Virus record (IMG/VR): IMGVR_UViG_3300046464_000709 | Coordinates: 32,001-96,000 of that record | Strand: one strand, 5' to 3' | Length of the DNA: 64,000 bases | DNA from: a virus | In this document: positions 1 through 9,367 of the stretch, in pieces | Layout: each line of letters starts with the position of its first letter | Numbering within the stretch: the stretch's first letter is position 1 | Translations under genes and position numbers: made by a program | The notes under the pieces: model-generated | Seen by the model: the letters and a program-made list of their open reading frames with translations, nothing else | The model's database searches: none | What the model was told of the DNA's origin: nothing

Positions 1-1
1 G

Positions 2-1885
2 AAATTTGGAGTCGTAGTTCCACTAAAATTAGCCCTAGAAGAGAGTGAAAAATTTGTTGACTGGTCTTCAAGCAACGCAGAAGTTTTTAACATAGCTTTG
101 AAGCTCGAAGGCTTAAATAAAAACACTGGAGTCCATCCAAGCGGAATAGCGATTTGTTTTGATAAAATTACAGACATATGCCCAATCCAAACTTCCAATG
201 ATGGAGCTTTAGTTACTGGGTACGATATGAATTGGGTTTCAGAGCTAATGGTTAAGTTTGATATTCTTGGACTAAGAACATTGAGTGTTATTTATGATGT
301 GTGCAAGAGTTTAAATATTAATTGCTCAGATATAGATTTAAGTGACGAAAAAATATATGAGCCGCTTCAATCCCTGACCGCGCCACACGGATTGTTTCAG
401 TTGGAATCTGATACAAACTTTAGGGTTTGCAAAAAAGTAAAACCAAGAAACCTTGAAGAGCTCAGCGCTGTAGTTGCAATAGGAAGACCTGGAGCTCTTG
501 ACTTTCTTGGGGATTATTCAACCTACCGAGATACAGGAGAAGCTCAAGTAATTCATGAGTTTTTCACAGATATCCTGGAGTACACAGGAGGAATACCGTT
601 ATATCAAGAACAATTAATGCAAATGGCAGTTAAGGTAGGATTTACTCTTGATGAGTCTGAGCAATTAAGGAGAATTGTCGGAAAAAAGAAAATAGACCAA
701 ATGCCTGAATGGAAAGCTAAAATTGAAGACAAGGTTAAAGAAAAAGATTTACCAAGAGAAGTTGGCGATATCCTGTGGAGAGTTGCAGAAGATAGTGCAA
801 ATTACTCTTTTAACAAGTCTCACTCAATCAGCTATTCGGTTTTGGCTGCATGGACGACACACTTAAAGTTTAAGCACCCCCAGCAATTTTTTCTCTCTCT
901 ATTGAAGATGACAAAATATGAACCCGCGCCTCAAGAAGAAATATCAAAAGTCTCTAAAGAGCTTTCTAGGTTTGGTTTAAAATTATTATCGCCGGACCTC
1001 GCAAAATCTGGAATGGATTTTTCCATAGAGGGCAAAAATATAAGATTTGGACTTAACAGTATAAAAGGAGTTAGTGAAAAGTCTCTAAAATCTCTTAAAG
1101 ATTTTAGGTCAAGCGATACACCAACGAAGTATGATATATTCTTAGCCGCAAAACAGGCAGGATTAAATATTGGAGTGTTAAGCGCATTGATTCAAGCGGG
1201 AGCGCTTGAAAGTAAAGGCTCGAACAGATCGCTCATGGTGCTAGAAGCTCAGGCATTCAATCAATTGACAGATAGAGAAAAAAGAAATTTTATATTGCTC
1301 GGAGAAGAATATAAATTCAAACTCTTAAATTGCATAGCTGATGCAAAAAAGGGTGAACTAGTAGGAGATGACGGAAAACCATTAATGAAGGAATCGAGAT
1401 TTCAAACCTTTAAAAAAAAGTATGATGTATATAAATCAATCTATGATAAAAATAAAGAATACGAAGATTTCGCTAACTGGTATTTTGAAACAGAGCTCCT
1501 CGGCTATAGTCATAGCTCTAATCTAAAAAGTTGCTTTGTGGATAGTTACAACTCTTTAAAAGATTCTAGAGACTTAAGAGTTATGGATTCAGATGAAAAA
1601 GGAAAATTCATAGGCGTCGTAGAAGATTGCATAAAAAGAACCTCAAGAAACGGAAATAAATATATGAAGCTTTCAATAGCGGATGAGTTTGGAAGATACG
1701 ACGCAATGCTTTTAAATTCAAGAAGAGGGAATTTTTATGACAGATATTTTGATTCAAAAAATAAAACCCCGCTTAAAAAGAGCATAGTTGTGGCCTTTGG
1801 AAGGAAAGGAGAAGATATAGTCTTCCTTGATTCGTTAAATATAATGAATGAAAAGATATATATGAAAATGTCGGACGTTAAATAA
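2..1885 (+). CDS. dnaE: DNA polymerase III alpha subunit, 5'-truncated by window edge
   Basis: Frame is open from base 2. Motifs GVHPSGI, VKFDILGLRTL, FQLES, YQEQLMQ, YSFNKSHS, IRFGLNSIKG and a C-terminal OB fold. Confidence 0.95.
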   Translation, partial: KFGVVVPLKLALEESEKFVDWSSSNAEVFNIALKLEGLNKNTGVHPSGIAICFDKITDICPIQTSNDGALVTGYDMNWVSELMVKFDILGLRTLSVIYDVCKSLNINCSDIDLSDEKIYEPLQSLTAPHGLFQLESDTNFRVCKKVKPRNLEELSAVVAIGRPGALDFLGDYSTYRDTGEAQVIHEFFTDILEYTGGIPLYQEQLMQMAVKVGFTLDESEQLRRIVGKKKIDQMPEWKAKIEDKVKEKDLPREVGDILWRVAEDSANYSFNKSHSISYSVLAAWTTHLKFKHPQQFFLSLLKMTKYEPAPQEEISKVSKELSRFGLKLLSPDLAKSGMDFSIEGKNIRFGLNSIKGVSEKSLKSLKDFRSSDTPTKYDIFLAAKQAGLNIGVLSALIQAGALESKGSNRSLMVLEAQAFNQLTDREKRNFILLGEEYKFKLLNCIADAKKGELVGDDGKPLMKESRFQTFKKKYDVYKSIYDKNKEYEDFANWYFETELLGYSHSSNLKSCFVDSYNSLKDSRDLRVMDSDEKGKFIGVVEDCIKRTSRNGNKYMKLSIADEFGRYDAMLLNSRRGNFYDRYFDSKNKTPLKKSIVVAFGRKGEDIVFLDSLNIMNEKIYMKMSDVK

Positions 1886-1901
1886 TTTAGAGTGTAAATC
1901 A

Positions 1902-4388
1902 ATGAAGATGACGCCAAAACCAAACTTTACGCCGCGAGCACAACAGGCAATTAATGAAGCTAAAAAAGTTGCCCAAAAGTACGGAAATGAGTATGTGACC
2001 CTAGATCATTTATTTTTCGGAATGGTCAGCCTGAACGCTGGAATTCTTAGCGAGATACTATTTTTATTACAAATTGATGACGAAAAACTAAAAGAAAAAA
2101 TAGAAAAATCTCTGTACATTGTTTCAGAAAACGAAAGCATTCAGTCTTTTTCGCCGGAGGATATAGACTCAGTGTACGACGAACACTTTCACTTAGTGCT
2201 AAAAGTATCAGCTTCTATAGCCGAGAAGCTAGGACATGAATATGTCGGAATAGAGCATATACTACTAGCTTTATTGAAGTACGAAGAATCTAATATATCC
2301 GAATACTTTGAATCATTTAACGCTTCAGAAAATGATATAATATCTCAAGTAAGAGAATATCTTCATATATCAAAAGACTCCGCTGCAGAAAGACACAAAA
2401 AAACAAGACCTATAAAAACCAAAATAGCCCCAAAAGAACCAAAAATTCAAAACCTAGAAAAATTTGCAACAAACTTAAACGCAATGGCTTTGCAGGGAAA
2501 GTTCGATAGTATTATAGGGAAAGAGTCTGAGATATATGACGTATGTGAAATACTTTGCAGGAGAACAAAAAATAATCCCGTACTATTAGGAGAGCCTGGG
2601 GTGGGGAAAACAGCCATAGTTGAAGGGTTAGCGCAGAATATAACGAAAGGAGAATGTTCTGATTTTCTTATTAGTAAAATTATATATTCCTTGGACCTAG
2701 GATCCCTTATAGCTGGAACTAAATACAGGGGGCAGTTTGAAGAAAGGTTGAAATTAATCATTGAAGAAGTGAAAAAGAATAAAGATATTATTCTTTTTGT
2801 TGATGAAATTCATACCTTAGTTGGGGCGGGAAGTGCAGAAGGAAGTATGGATGCCGCGAATTTACTAAAGCCCTTGCTCGCAAGAGGAGAAATAAAGTGC
2901 ATAGGAGCCACTACGCAAGATGAATACAAGAAATCAATATTAAAAGACGGAGCTCTAGACAGAAGATTTCAAGCTGTAAAGGTCATCGAGCCAACAAAAG
3001 AAGAAGCCAGGGAAATAATAAAAGGAATCAAGCATAAATACGAAGAATTTCATAGTATTCATTACCCAGAAGAGGTGTTAGATTTAGTGATAGACTTGAC
3101 CTCTAGATATGTACTCGACAAACAATTCCCAGATAAAGCAATAGATATACTCGATCAAGCTGGATCAAAAGTTAAAATAAAAAATATCGAAAGACCTCAG
3201 GCTGCAAAAGATATTGAACAGAGGTTAGAAGACCTAGCTTTAAAAGAATCAAGCTTAAGTTCTGAAGATTTTAGCTCTCACTACTCGATACTGCAAGACG
3301 AACAGCTTGATTTGCTAGAAAAGTATGACGAGATTATATCCAAATGGGCGAAGAAAACAATGAAGTATAAAATATCTGTAAAGAAAAAAGATATATATGA
3401 GGTAGTATCCTCTCGAACCGGAGTCCCTATTTCAGATATCTCAAAGAAAGATTCAGAAAAAATGCTCGGGCTATTCAACAAACTAAATAAAAAAATCGTA
3501 GGTCAGAGAGAAGCGCTGCAAGAAATTTCAGAATGCATACTTAGATCCAAGTCAGGACTTCAAGACAGCAACAAGCCAGTAGGAAGCTTTCTTCTTGTTG
3601 GAGCCAGCGGAACCGGAAAAACTTATACCGCAAAGTGTATAGCGGAATTTATATACGGAGATAAAAATAAGCTTATACAAATAGATATGAGTGAATTTTC
3701 TGAAAAAATATCGGCAAGTAGGCTAATTGGCGCGTCTCCAGGATATGTCGGCTATGAAGAAGGAGGAGAGTTGACAGAGAAAGTCAGAAGAAATCCTTAC
3801 AGCGTTGTTCTATTTGACGAAGTCGAAAAGGCTCACCCAGAAGTTTTAAACATATTACTGCAAATTTTAGAAGAAGGATCGGTAACAGATAACTCGGGAA
3901 GAAAAATCAACTTCGCTAATTGCACAATTATATTAACAGGTAATATTGGTAGTGAAAAAGTCGCAAAACCATATATCGGGTTTGGAGAAAAATCGAGCCC
4001 CACGAAAGACATGGAAAAGCTTAAAGAAGAACTAAAGACTTTCTTTAGGCCTGAATTCCTAAATAGATTAAATGAGATAATTTTATTTAAAAACTTCTCC
4101 ACAAAGGATATTCAAGACATAACCAAAATAGAAATCAATCACTTATCAAGCAAACTTTCTTGCAAGAAAATAAAGCTTTCTATTACCCCTAAGGTATGCA
4201 AACTTATAGCAGAGAAAGCTGAAGAAGAAAAAATGGGAGCAAGACCAATAAAAAGATTAATTCAGAAGAATATAGAAAATAAACTATCTAAACTAATTTT
4301 AAGTAAAGAATTAAAAGAAAATCAAGAAATAAAATTTTCAGTCTTGAAAGATTCTATTGTATATAATATTACGGAAGGATTGGCTTAA
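1902..4388 (+). CDS. clpC: ClpC/ClpA-type AAA+ ATPase (Clp protease ATP-binding subunit)
   Basis: Clp-N repeats, two Walker A motifs (GEPGVGKT, GASGTGKT), Walker B FVDEIH/FDEVEKAH, IGF loop (YIGFG). Confidence 0.9.
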   Translation: MKMTPKPNFTPRAQQAINEAKKVAQKYGNEYVTLDHLFFGMVSLNAGILSEILFLLQIDDEKLKEKIEKSLYIVSENESIQSFSPEDIDSVYDEHFHLVLKVSASIAEKLGHEYVGIEHILLALLKYEESNISEYFESFNASENDIISQVREYLHISKDSAAERHKKTRPIKTKIAPKEPKIQNLEKFATNLNAMALQGKFDSIIGKESEIYDVCEILCRRTKNNPVLLGEPGVGKTAIVEGLAQNITKGECSDFLISKIIYSLDLGSLIAGTKYRGQFEERLKLIIEEVKKNKDIILFVDEIHTLVGAGSAEGSMDAANLLKPLLARGEIKCIGATTQDEYKKSILKDGALDRRFQAVKVIEPTKEEAREIIKGIKHKYEEFHSIHYPEEVLDLVIDLTSRYVLDKQFPDKAIDILDQAGSKVKIKNIERPQAAKDIEQRLEDLALKESSLSSEDFSSHYSILQDEQLDLLEKYDEIISKWAKKTMKYKISVKKKDIYEVVSSRTGVPISDISKKDSEKMLGLFNKLNKKIVGQREALQEISECILRSKSGLQDSNKPVGSFLLVGASGTGKTYTAKCIAEFIYGDKNKLIQIDMSEFSEKISASRLIGASPGYVGYEEGGELTEKVRRNPYSVVLFDEVEKAHPEVLNILLQILEEGSVTDNSGRKINFANCTIILTGNIGSEKVAKPYIGFGEKSSPTKDMEKLKEELKTFFRPEFLNRLNEIILFKNFSTKDIQDITKIEINHLSSKLSCKKIKLSITPKVCKLIAEKAEEEKMGARPIKRLIQKNIENKLSKLILSKELKENQEIKFSVLKDSIVYNITEGLA

Positions 4389-4863
4389 CAGGGTCAGGTA
4401 GCTCTGGTTCCTTAACCTCCATGGGGTCTTCAAATTTTTCTCCTGGATTCTGTTGGTCGGCGGAGTCTTTTTGATTATCATTATAAATTGACATGCAAGC
4501 TCCAAAACGATCGGCCTGAACAGGATACCTCTTTTTCATGTTGGCATCAAGTATACAACGCGTAACAAATTGATCTCCCCCTTCTTGAGCTACAGGAACT
4601 GGAAACCTTTTATCTTGATTGGATAAGAAATTATTCTTTTCATTCTCAGGAGTTTCTTCTTTTTTATTGGGAAATATTTCCTCGTATTCAATAAATCGCA
4701 TAGCTTCGTCAATTAATTCGTAAGCTTGAGTTATATTTTTCTTTACCCAATCGTCGAGAGAAGGCTTTTCCTTCAAAGACTCATACATGATTCTTGCTTT
4801 TTTCCAAATATGAAATAATTCGGATTTCACTTTTTTAGTGTCATTTTCAGATAATTCGCTCAT
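4369..4863 (-). CDS. hypothetical protein
   Basis: 164-aa ORF, GTGTA motif 9 nt upstream. Confidence 0.75.
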   Translation of the reverse strand: MSELSENDTKKVKSELFHIWKKARIMYESLKEKPSLDDWVKKNITQAYELIDEAMRFIEYEEIFPNKKEETPENEKNNFLSNQDKRFPVPVAQEGGDQFVTRCILDANMKKRYPVQADRFGACMSIYNDNQKDSADQQNPGEKFEDPMEVKEPELPDPVKPILP

Positions 4864-4880
4864 AATTACATTTACACCTA

Positions 4881-5399
4881 TTAATTAGAATATTCGTCAA
4901 GGCTTGATCCTTGATTAGTTGAAGGAGAGTCCTTGCCTACTACTTGACTTGGCTTGGCGCCATACAAGTTATATGCATAAACAAGGTCTTTGATTCTTTC
5001 TTGAGATTTAGCATATGCGTCAAGATACGATTTAGCAGTAACATTTTTATTGGTTCTTTGAATCATAGAGTCTCCCTCTCGGATTACCTGAAAGTCAGAA
5101 TCTCCATTGCTGCCATCTATCCCCCTAAGAACTCTCCTGTGGGCCTTCCTGTTATATTCAGAGATATACATCTCTTTAAGTATTGACTGTTCCTCCAGAT
5201 TTAAACCTTCGGGGCTTTCTCCGCTAAAGCAAGTAAATATTAAATTGTTTAGCTCGCCCAAATGACCTTCTAGCCAACCAGATATTAAACCTACTTCTGC
5301 GTTTCTAACTTCCCCATGAGAATGAAATCCAATCTCTTGGTCGTAGATATTTACAGCCAATTTGCCTAGGTTTGTATCTGGGAACAGATCGTGTGCCAT
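4881..5399 (-). CDS. hypothetical protein, possible head-completion/structural protein
   Basis: 172-aa ORF downstream of the capsid gene. Function inferred from position only. Confidence 0.6.
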   Translation of the reverse strand: MAHDLFPDTNLGKLAVNIYDQEIGFHSHGEVRNAEVGLISGWLEGHLGELNNLIFTCFSGESPEGLNLEEQSILKEMYISEYNRKAHRRVLRGIDGSNGDSDFQVIREGDSMIQRTNKNVTAKSYLDAYAKSQERIKDLVYAYNLYGAKPSQVVGKDSPSTNQGSSLDEYSN

Positions 5400-5400
5400 T

Positions 5401-5820
5401 TTAATTATTCAAGAAATCTATAACCTTTGAATGCTGTGGGTTAGAAGGGTCAAGCTTAACTGGTTCTCCCATAACTTGAACACTACCTTTTCCGTGAAGG
5501 CTAGAATCAAATGCTCTTTTTATTTTATTTTTTAATACCGTTTTATTTCCAGAAGGGAAAACTCCAACTTTCACAGCAAAGGATTGAAGATCTGTAAGAT
5601 TCATGTCTTGCAACATGTCAGCGAATACGCGTTTATCATTTGTCTTGAATGGATTGATCTTTGCAATCCCTAAAATGTCCTCAAGTTCGCGTGCCTTAGC
5701 GACTTGATCTTCATAGCTTTTACCGTTTGTTTGTTGAAGATTGTCAAGTTTACTTTTCTTTTCTGTAGAAGTTTTTTTCGAAGAAGTAGACCTGCTCGAT
5801 TTTGTTTTTTTGTTTGCCAT
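5401..5820 (-). CDS. hypothetical protein with basic N-terminal tail
   Basis: 139-aa ORF, GTGTA motif and purine-rich leader upstream. Confidence 0.75.
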   Translation of the reverse strand: MANKKTKSSRSTSSKKTSTEKKSKLDNLQQTNGKSYEDQVAKARELEDILGIAKINPFKTNDKRVFADMLQDMNLTDLQSFAVKVGVFPSGNKTVLKNKIKRAFDSSLHGKGSVQVMGEPVKLDPSNPQHSKVIDFLNN

Positions 5821-5877
5821 AATTTATACCTTTTTCCTTATAGGGTTATACACTAATATATAGTAAATTGATAAAAT

Positions 5878-5907
5878 AAAAAATCCACCCCAGTTTCCTG
5901 AGGTGGA
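5878..5907 (-). terminator. intrinsic terminator after major capsid gene
   Basis: Hairpin TCCACCTCAG-GAAA-CTGGGGTGGA followed by a T-run on the minus strand. Confidence 0.8.
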
Positions 5908-5935
5908 CATTTTATAAAACGTTAATTTGTTTAAA

Positions 5936-7084
5936 TTAAACGATAAGACCAAGTAACACACGGTCATCGATGATCATTCGGCCTTCTTCAATAGAGCCAT
6001 AATAACCAATCTTTGATTGACGTGTTACAAATTGATCGTCGGATACAAGACTAAACTCATCTCCGGACTCGGAATCGGTAGCTACTGCACGAATCATTGA
6101 TTCACGACTAAGGTCGACACCAACAAGAATTTGTTCTTTGTCTGTACCTCCGTCAAACACTTTTGGAGTAGATGTTCCGCTAGCGTAGTGATCAGCATAC
6201 TGTGTGGTGTCTGCAGCGACGTCAAATACGTCGTTCCATTTTTGACCAGCGCCCATTTCGTTATATTCCTGAATGGATACGCCATAGAACTCAGGAATGC
6301 CAGCGCTATTAAAAATAGCGTCACGCATACTGTCTGTTCCTGCAATGCCATCTCCACCAGTAGGTGCGCCACCAGCGCCTCCACGACTATTAATCGGATT
6401 GTAAGCTAGCCCACGAATTTCTTCTACAATTTCAGGAGAAACAAGAAGATCTGTAATTCCACGTCCACGACGCTCAGCAGGAGTTCCTCCGGTCCAAGAA
6501 GTATTAATTCTTTTCGCTTTGGTGAACAACTTGTTAAGGTCGGAAAGTAAGAACCGTCCTGATTGAGCAGAACGCATAACGTGTTTTTCGCTATTTGTTG
6601 TAGCGCTAGCCAATGCAGTCATGATCATGCTGGCAGAAGTTTTCTCTTGCTTGAGAAGAATTTCTTGAGCCATGCGTGTGAATGTCTTGCTGACTACATC
6701 AAGTCTAGAACGAGAAGCATAACGCTTGTCGAAACTCAATGCGCTATCGAGAGTATAAGTTGTGAACTTAAGCTCGCTTTGTGATGGAGCGACTTGGTTG
6801 GTAGGAAGTCCGCCAGGAACTGATTGACTCCAAACTTGAATGTAATCTTCGTCAGTCATATCGTGATAAAGATCCAATGGAATACTTGGACTCTCTTCGC
6901 TGTTAAACTGAAGACTAGTAAACATGTTACTTACAGTAGGAGCTGTGTTAACAACTTCTGCTAAAACTGGACCAATAAATTCAGCCAATGCAGTTTGAGC
7001 TTCGTAAGCTACGTCTCTATTCTTTGAAGCCATAGCTTTAATAAGCTCGACTTGCTCGGGTGTTCTATCTAAAGTAATTTTCAT
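5936..7084 (-). CDS. major capsid protein (putative)
   Basis: 382 aa. Gene order terminase - protease/scaffold - decoration - this gene, followed by a terminator, with an SD-like AAAGGAAA upstream. Confidence 0.8.
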   Translation of the reverse strand: MKITLDRTPEQVELIKAMASKNRDVAYEAQTALAEFIGPVLAEVVNTAPTVSNMFTSLQFNSEESPSIPLDLYHDMTDEDYIQVWSQSVPGGLPTNQVAPSQSELKFTTYTLDSALSFDKRYASRSRLDVVSKTFTRMAQEILLKQEKTSASMIMTALASATTNSEKHVMRSAQSGRFLLSDLNKLFTKAKRINTSWTGGTPAERRGRGITDLLVSPEIVEEIRGLAYNPINSRGGAGGAPTGGDGIAGTDSMRDAIFNSAGIPEFYGVSIQEYNEMGAGQKWNDVFDVAADTTQYADHYASGTSTPKVFDGGTDKEQILVGVDLSRESMIRAVATDSESGDEFSLVSDDQFVTRQSKIGYYGSIEEGRMIIDDRVLLGLIV

Positions 7085-7102
7085 TTTTTTAAATTTCCTT
7101 TC

Positions 7103-7732
7103 TTAGAAGCTGACTTTGCAGAGATATTTCTTAGTTGTATTATCATCGCTTTCTTCTCCGATTGCGATAACAGTTCCAACTGCTGCACCAGAACTCTTCA
7201 CAGTAAGCTTTCCTCCGGTTGCGACTTCAAGTTCATCTCCAAGTGCGACAGTGCCACTTATAGCTCCTGCAGCGAGAAGAACGAGACCCTTTGTCAAAAC
7301 AGGAACTGTTTGACCAGGAAGAACTCCTTGAGCTTCATCAAGTTTTTGTTTGTAATAGAGCATTTTCTCTCCATTCTCGTCGAAAGCCAAGGTTTCACGT
7401 AATGTGATTCCAAGTCCACGACTGCCAGCAGCAGCAGGAGCAACGGTCATACCTGTGTTAGCGGGGTATCCGTTGAATCCAATATGCGCTCCGCTAAAAC
7501 TAGCGCCTAGATAGCCTCGGAGGGCATCGCTAGATTCAGCACGCAATTCGGAAACCTCACCAGGTAGAGCTCCCGCACTTACAGAAACGACAACGCCTGC
7601 ATCGAAATCTCCTGATCCATTAGAAACCATTCCAGCCAACGTTGTAGCTGTTGCGGATGATAAATCAAGAGAAAACAAATTAACAACATCGTGTTCACTG
7701 TAGTCTCGGTATGGTAGTATTCTTTTTGCCAT
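7103..7732 (-). CDS. capsid decoration/cement protein (putative)
   Basis: Gly/Ala/Val-rich 209 aa between scaffold and capsid genes, with a beta-rich C-terminus. Confidence 0.6.
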   Translation of the reverse strand: MAKRILPYRDYSEHDVVNLFSLDLSSATATTLAGMVSNGSGDFDAGVVVSVSAGALPGEVSELRAESSDALRGYLGASFSGAHIGFNGYPANTGMTVAPAAAGSRGLGITLRETLAFDENGEKMLYYKQKLDEAQGVLPGQTVPVLTKGLVLLAAGAISGTVALGDELEVATGGKLTVKSSGAAVGTVIAIGEESDDNTTKKYLCKVSF

Positions 7733-7751
7733 AATTTTTTTCTTCTATTTT

Positions 7752-9350
7752 TTAGTATGAAATTTTAACAGATTCTTTAAAAGTTTTTGCGAATCTATCT
7801 TTAAGGGAAACTTGGTCAGAAGAGCTTTCGTTGTTATTAACAACAGCAGCCTCTTCAACTTCGAGAGAGTCAAGAGCTTCAGAAACTTCGTCTGAACTTT
7901 CTTCTTGAGCTTCTGATGCTTGAGAAACCTCAACTTGTGTTTCTTCTTTTGTTGCGGCTTCGACTGTTTCGAGTCGTTTTGCAACTTCTGAAGCTACTCG
8001 ATCTTCAAATGCTTTTTGTTCAGCAGCGATGAAATCTTTATTTTTATGTTTCCAAACCTTGGCTAGTTTTTCTTGGTATCCAGCGAAACTCTCTTCAGTT
8101 TCGTCGAGACTAGAAAGCTCAGACGCCACAATTTTGGAATCTTCTTCATCAAGCTCATAAACTTCATTCAAGAGCTCCATGCGTGAATTAAATCTAACCT
8201 CAGCTTCGCGAGCTGCATTTTCTTCTTCAAGAGAAGTCAACTTTTCTTTTGTTGACTGTAGCTGTTGTTCAACTTCGCCCATTTTCTCTTGAAGAGAATT
8301 TTGAGCCAGAACAGCTTCTTCTTTTTCAGCTTTAGCTTTTTCGAGATCGGCGACATATTGTTCACCTTTCTCTCGGATAGCTTCGATAAAAACTTTGGAG
8401 ATGCTTGCGACACTCTCTTCAGAAAAATCTTGGCTGCCAAGCTTTTCGTCTAAAGCTGCTCGGAATTCATTTATAATTTGATCTTTATCCATAATAGTAT
8501 TATTAGGTTCTTTGTTTAGTACATTTTCTTTGGGTGAATGGGAAGTTTTTTTACTTCTTGTAATTAATTGGTCGATCGGCTTATTACTGCTTGACACTTC
8601 AGGCGTGGATTTTCCTTGGTCTGCGATAAGACCTTTTACATCTGCAGCAGGGTTAGAAGTAAAGCCTATACCTAAGGGGTAAATTTCTCCTACGATAAGT
8701 CGGTTAACTTTTCTTCCGTCTTTTAAAAGCCCTTTTCCTCCTAAAGATTTTAAATAAGGAGAATAAGCCTCGACTTCTTGAGGGTCGGAGATAATTGTCG
8801 AATCGCACAAATCATCACCTCCTACAGAAATAACGTAATCATTAAAACCTACCTCCCAGCTAGCAGAAACAGTTGAGTAGTAATCGCTGTCTTCATCAGT
8901 AGAACTTAAAACAAGGTCGGAAAACTCCTTGCTTGCTGTTTTATAAACTACAGCTGCGAGCGCAATATTGTAAGCATTCTCTTCAATTAAAGCTTCATCG
9001 TCACTCATCAAAGAGGAGGAATCATCATACTTTGAAAAGCCTGCGGAAACAATATGGCCAACAATCTTATCTCGATCATGTTCTATATTCGTAGGCTTAT
9101 GAATAAAAAAATCTTTAATTTTTACCGCCGCTTCACTATCTATACCATCTCCATTTTTATTAAATTTATTTACCACTGCAGCATTAAAAGCAACTCCAAG
9201 AAGGTCAATATTTTTTTCCAAGTTTATATCTTGAGGAATTAAAGGTCTAAGAGATTCCAATGAAGCTTTACTAATTGAGGACTTCTCTATGTCGCTTGAA
9301 GCGAAAACTACATTATCAAAAGTTGCGGTGTATTTATATTTTTTAGACAT
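7752..9350 (-). CDS. prohead protease / scaffold fusion (putative)
   Basis: N-terminal NKNGDG..NIEH..IVGH..SASWE..NPAA domain plus a long acidic coiled-coil C-terminus. Lies upstream of the capsid genes. Confidence 0.7.
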   Translation of the reverse strand: MSKKYKYTATFDNVVFASSDIEKSSISKASLESLRPLIPQDINLEKNIDLLGVAFNAAVVNKFNKNGDGIDSEAAVKIKDFFIHKPTNIEHDRDKIVGHIVSAGFSKYDDSSSLMSDDEALIEENAYNIALAAVVYKTASKEFSDLVLSSTDEDSDYYSTVSASWEVGFNDYVISVGGDDLCDSTIISDPQEVEAYSPYLKSLGGKGLLKDGRKVNRLIVGEIYPLGIGFTSNPAADVKGLIADQGKSTPEVSSSNKPIDQLITRSKKTSHSPKENVLNKEPNNTIMDKDQIINEFRAALDEKLGSQDFSEESVASISKVFIEAIREKGEQYVADLEKAKAEKEEAVLAQNSLQEKMGEVEQQLQSTKEKLTSLEEENAAREAEVRFNSRMELLNEVYELDEEDSKIVASELSSLDETEESFAGYQEKLAKVWKHKNKDFIAAEQKAFEDRVASEVAKRLETVEAATKEETQVEVSQASEAQEESSDEVSEALDSLEVEEAAVVNNNESSSDQVSLKDRFAKTFKESVKISY

Positions 9351-9367
9351 ATACAAAAATCTTACAC

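Noticed and set aside
98-1885. Split or intein-interrupted dnaE
   Set aside because: The frame is open back to base 2, so the missing N-terminus reflects the window edge. No intein motifs are seen.
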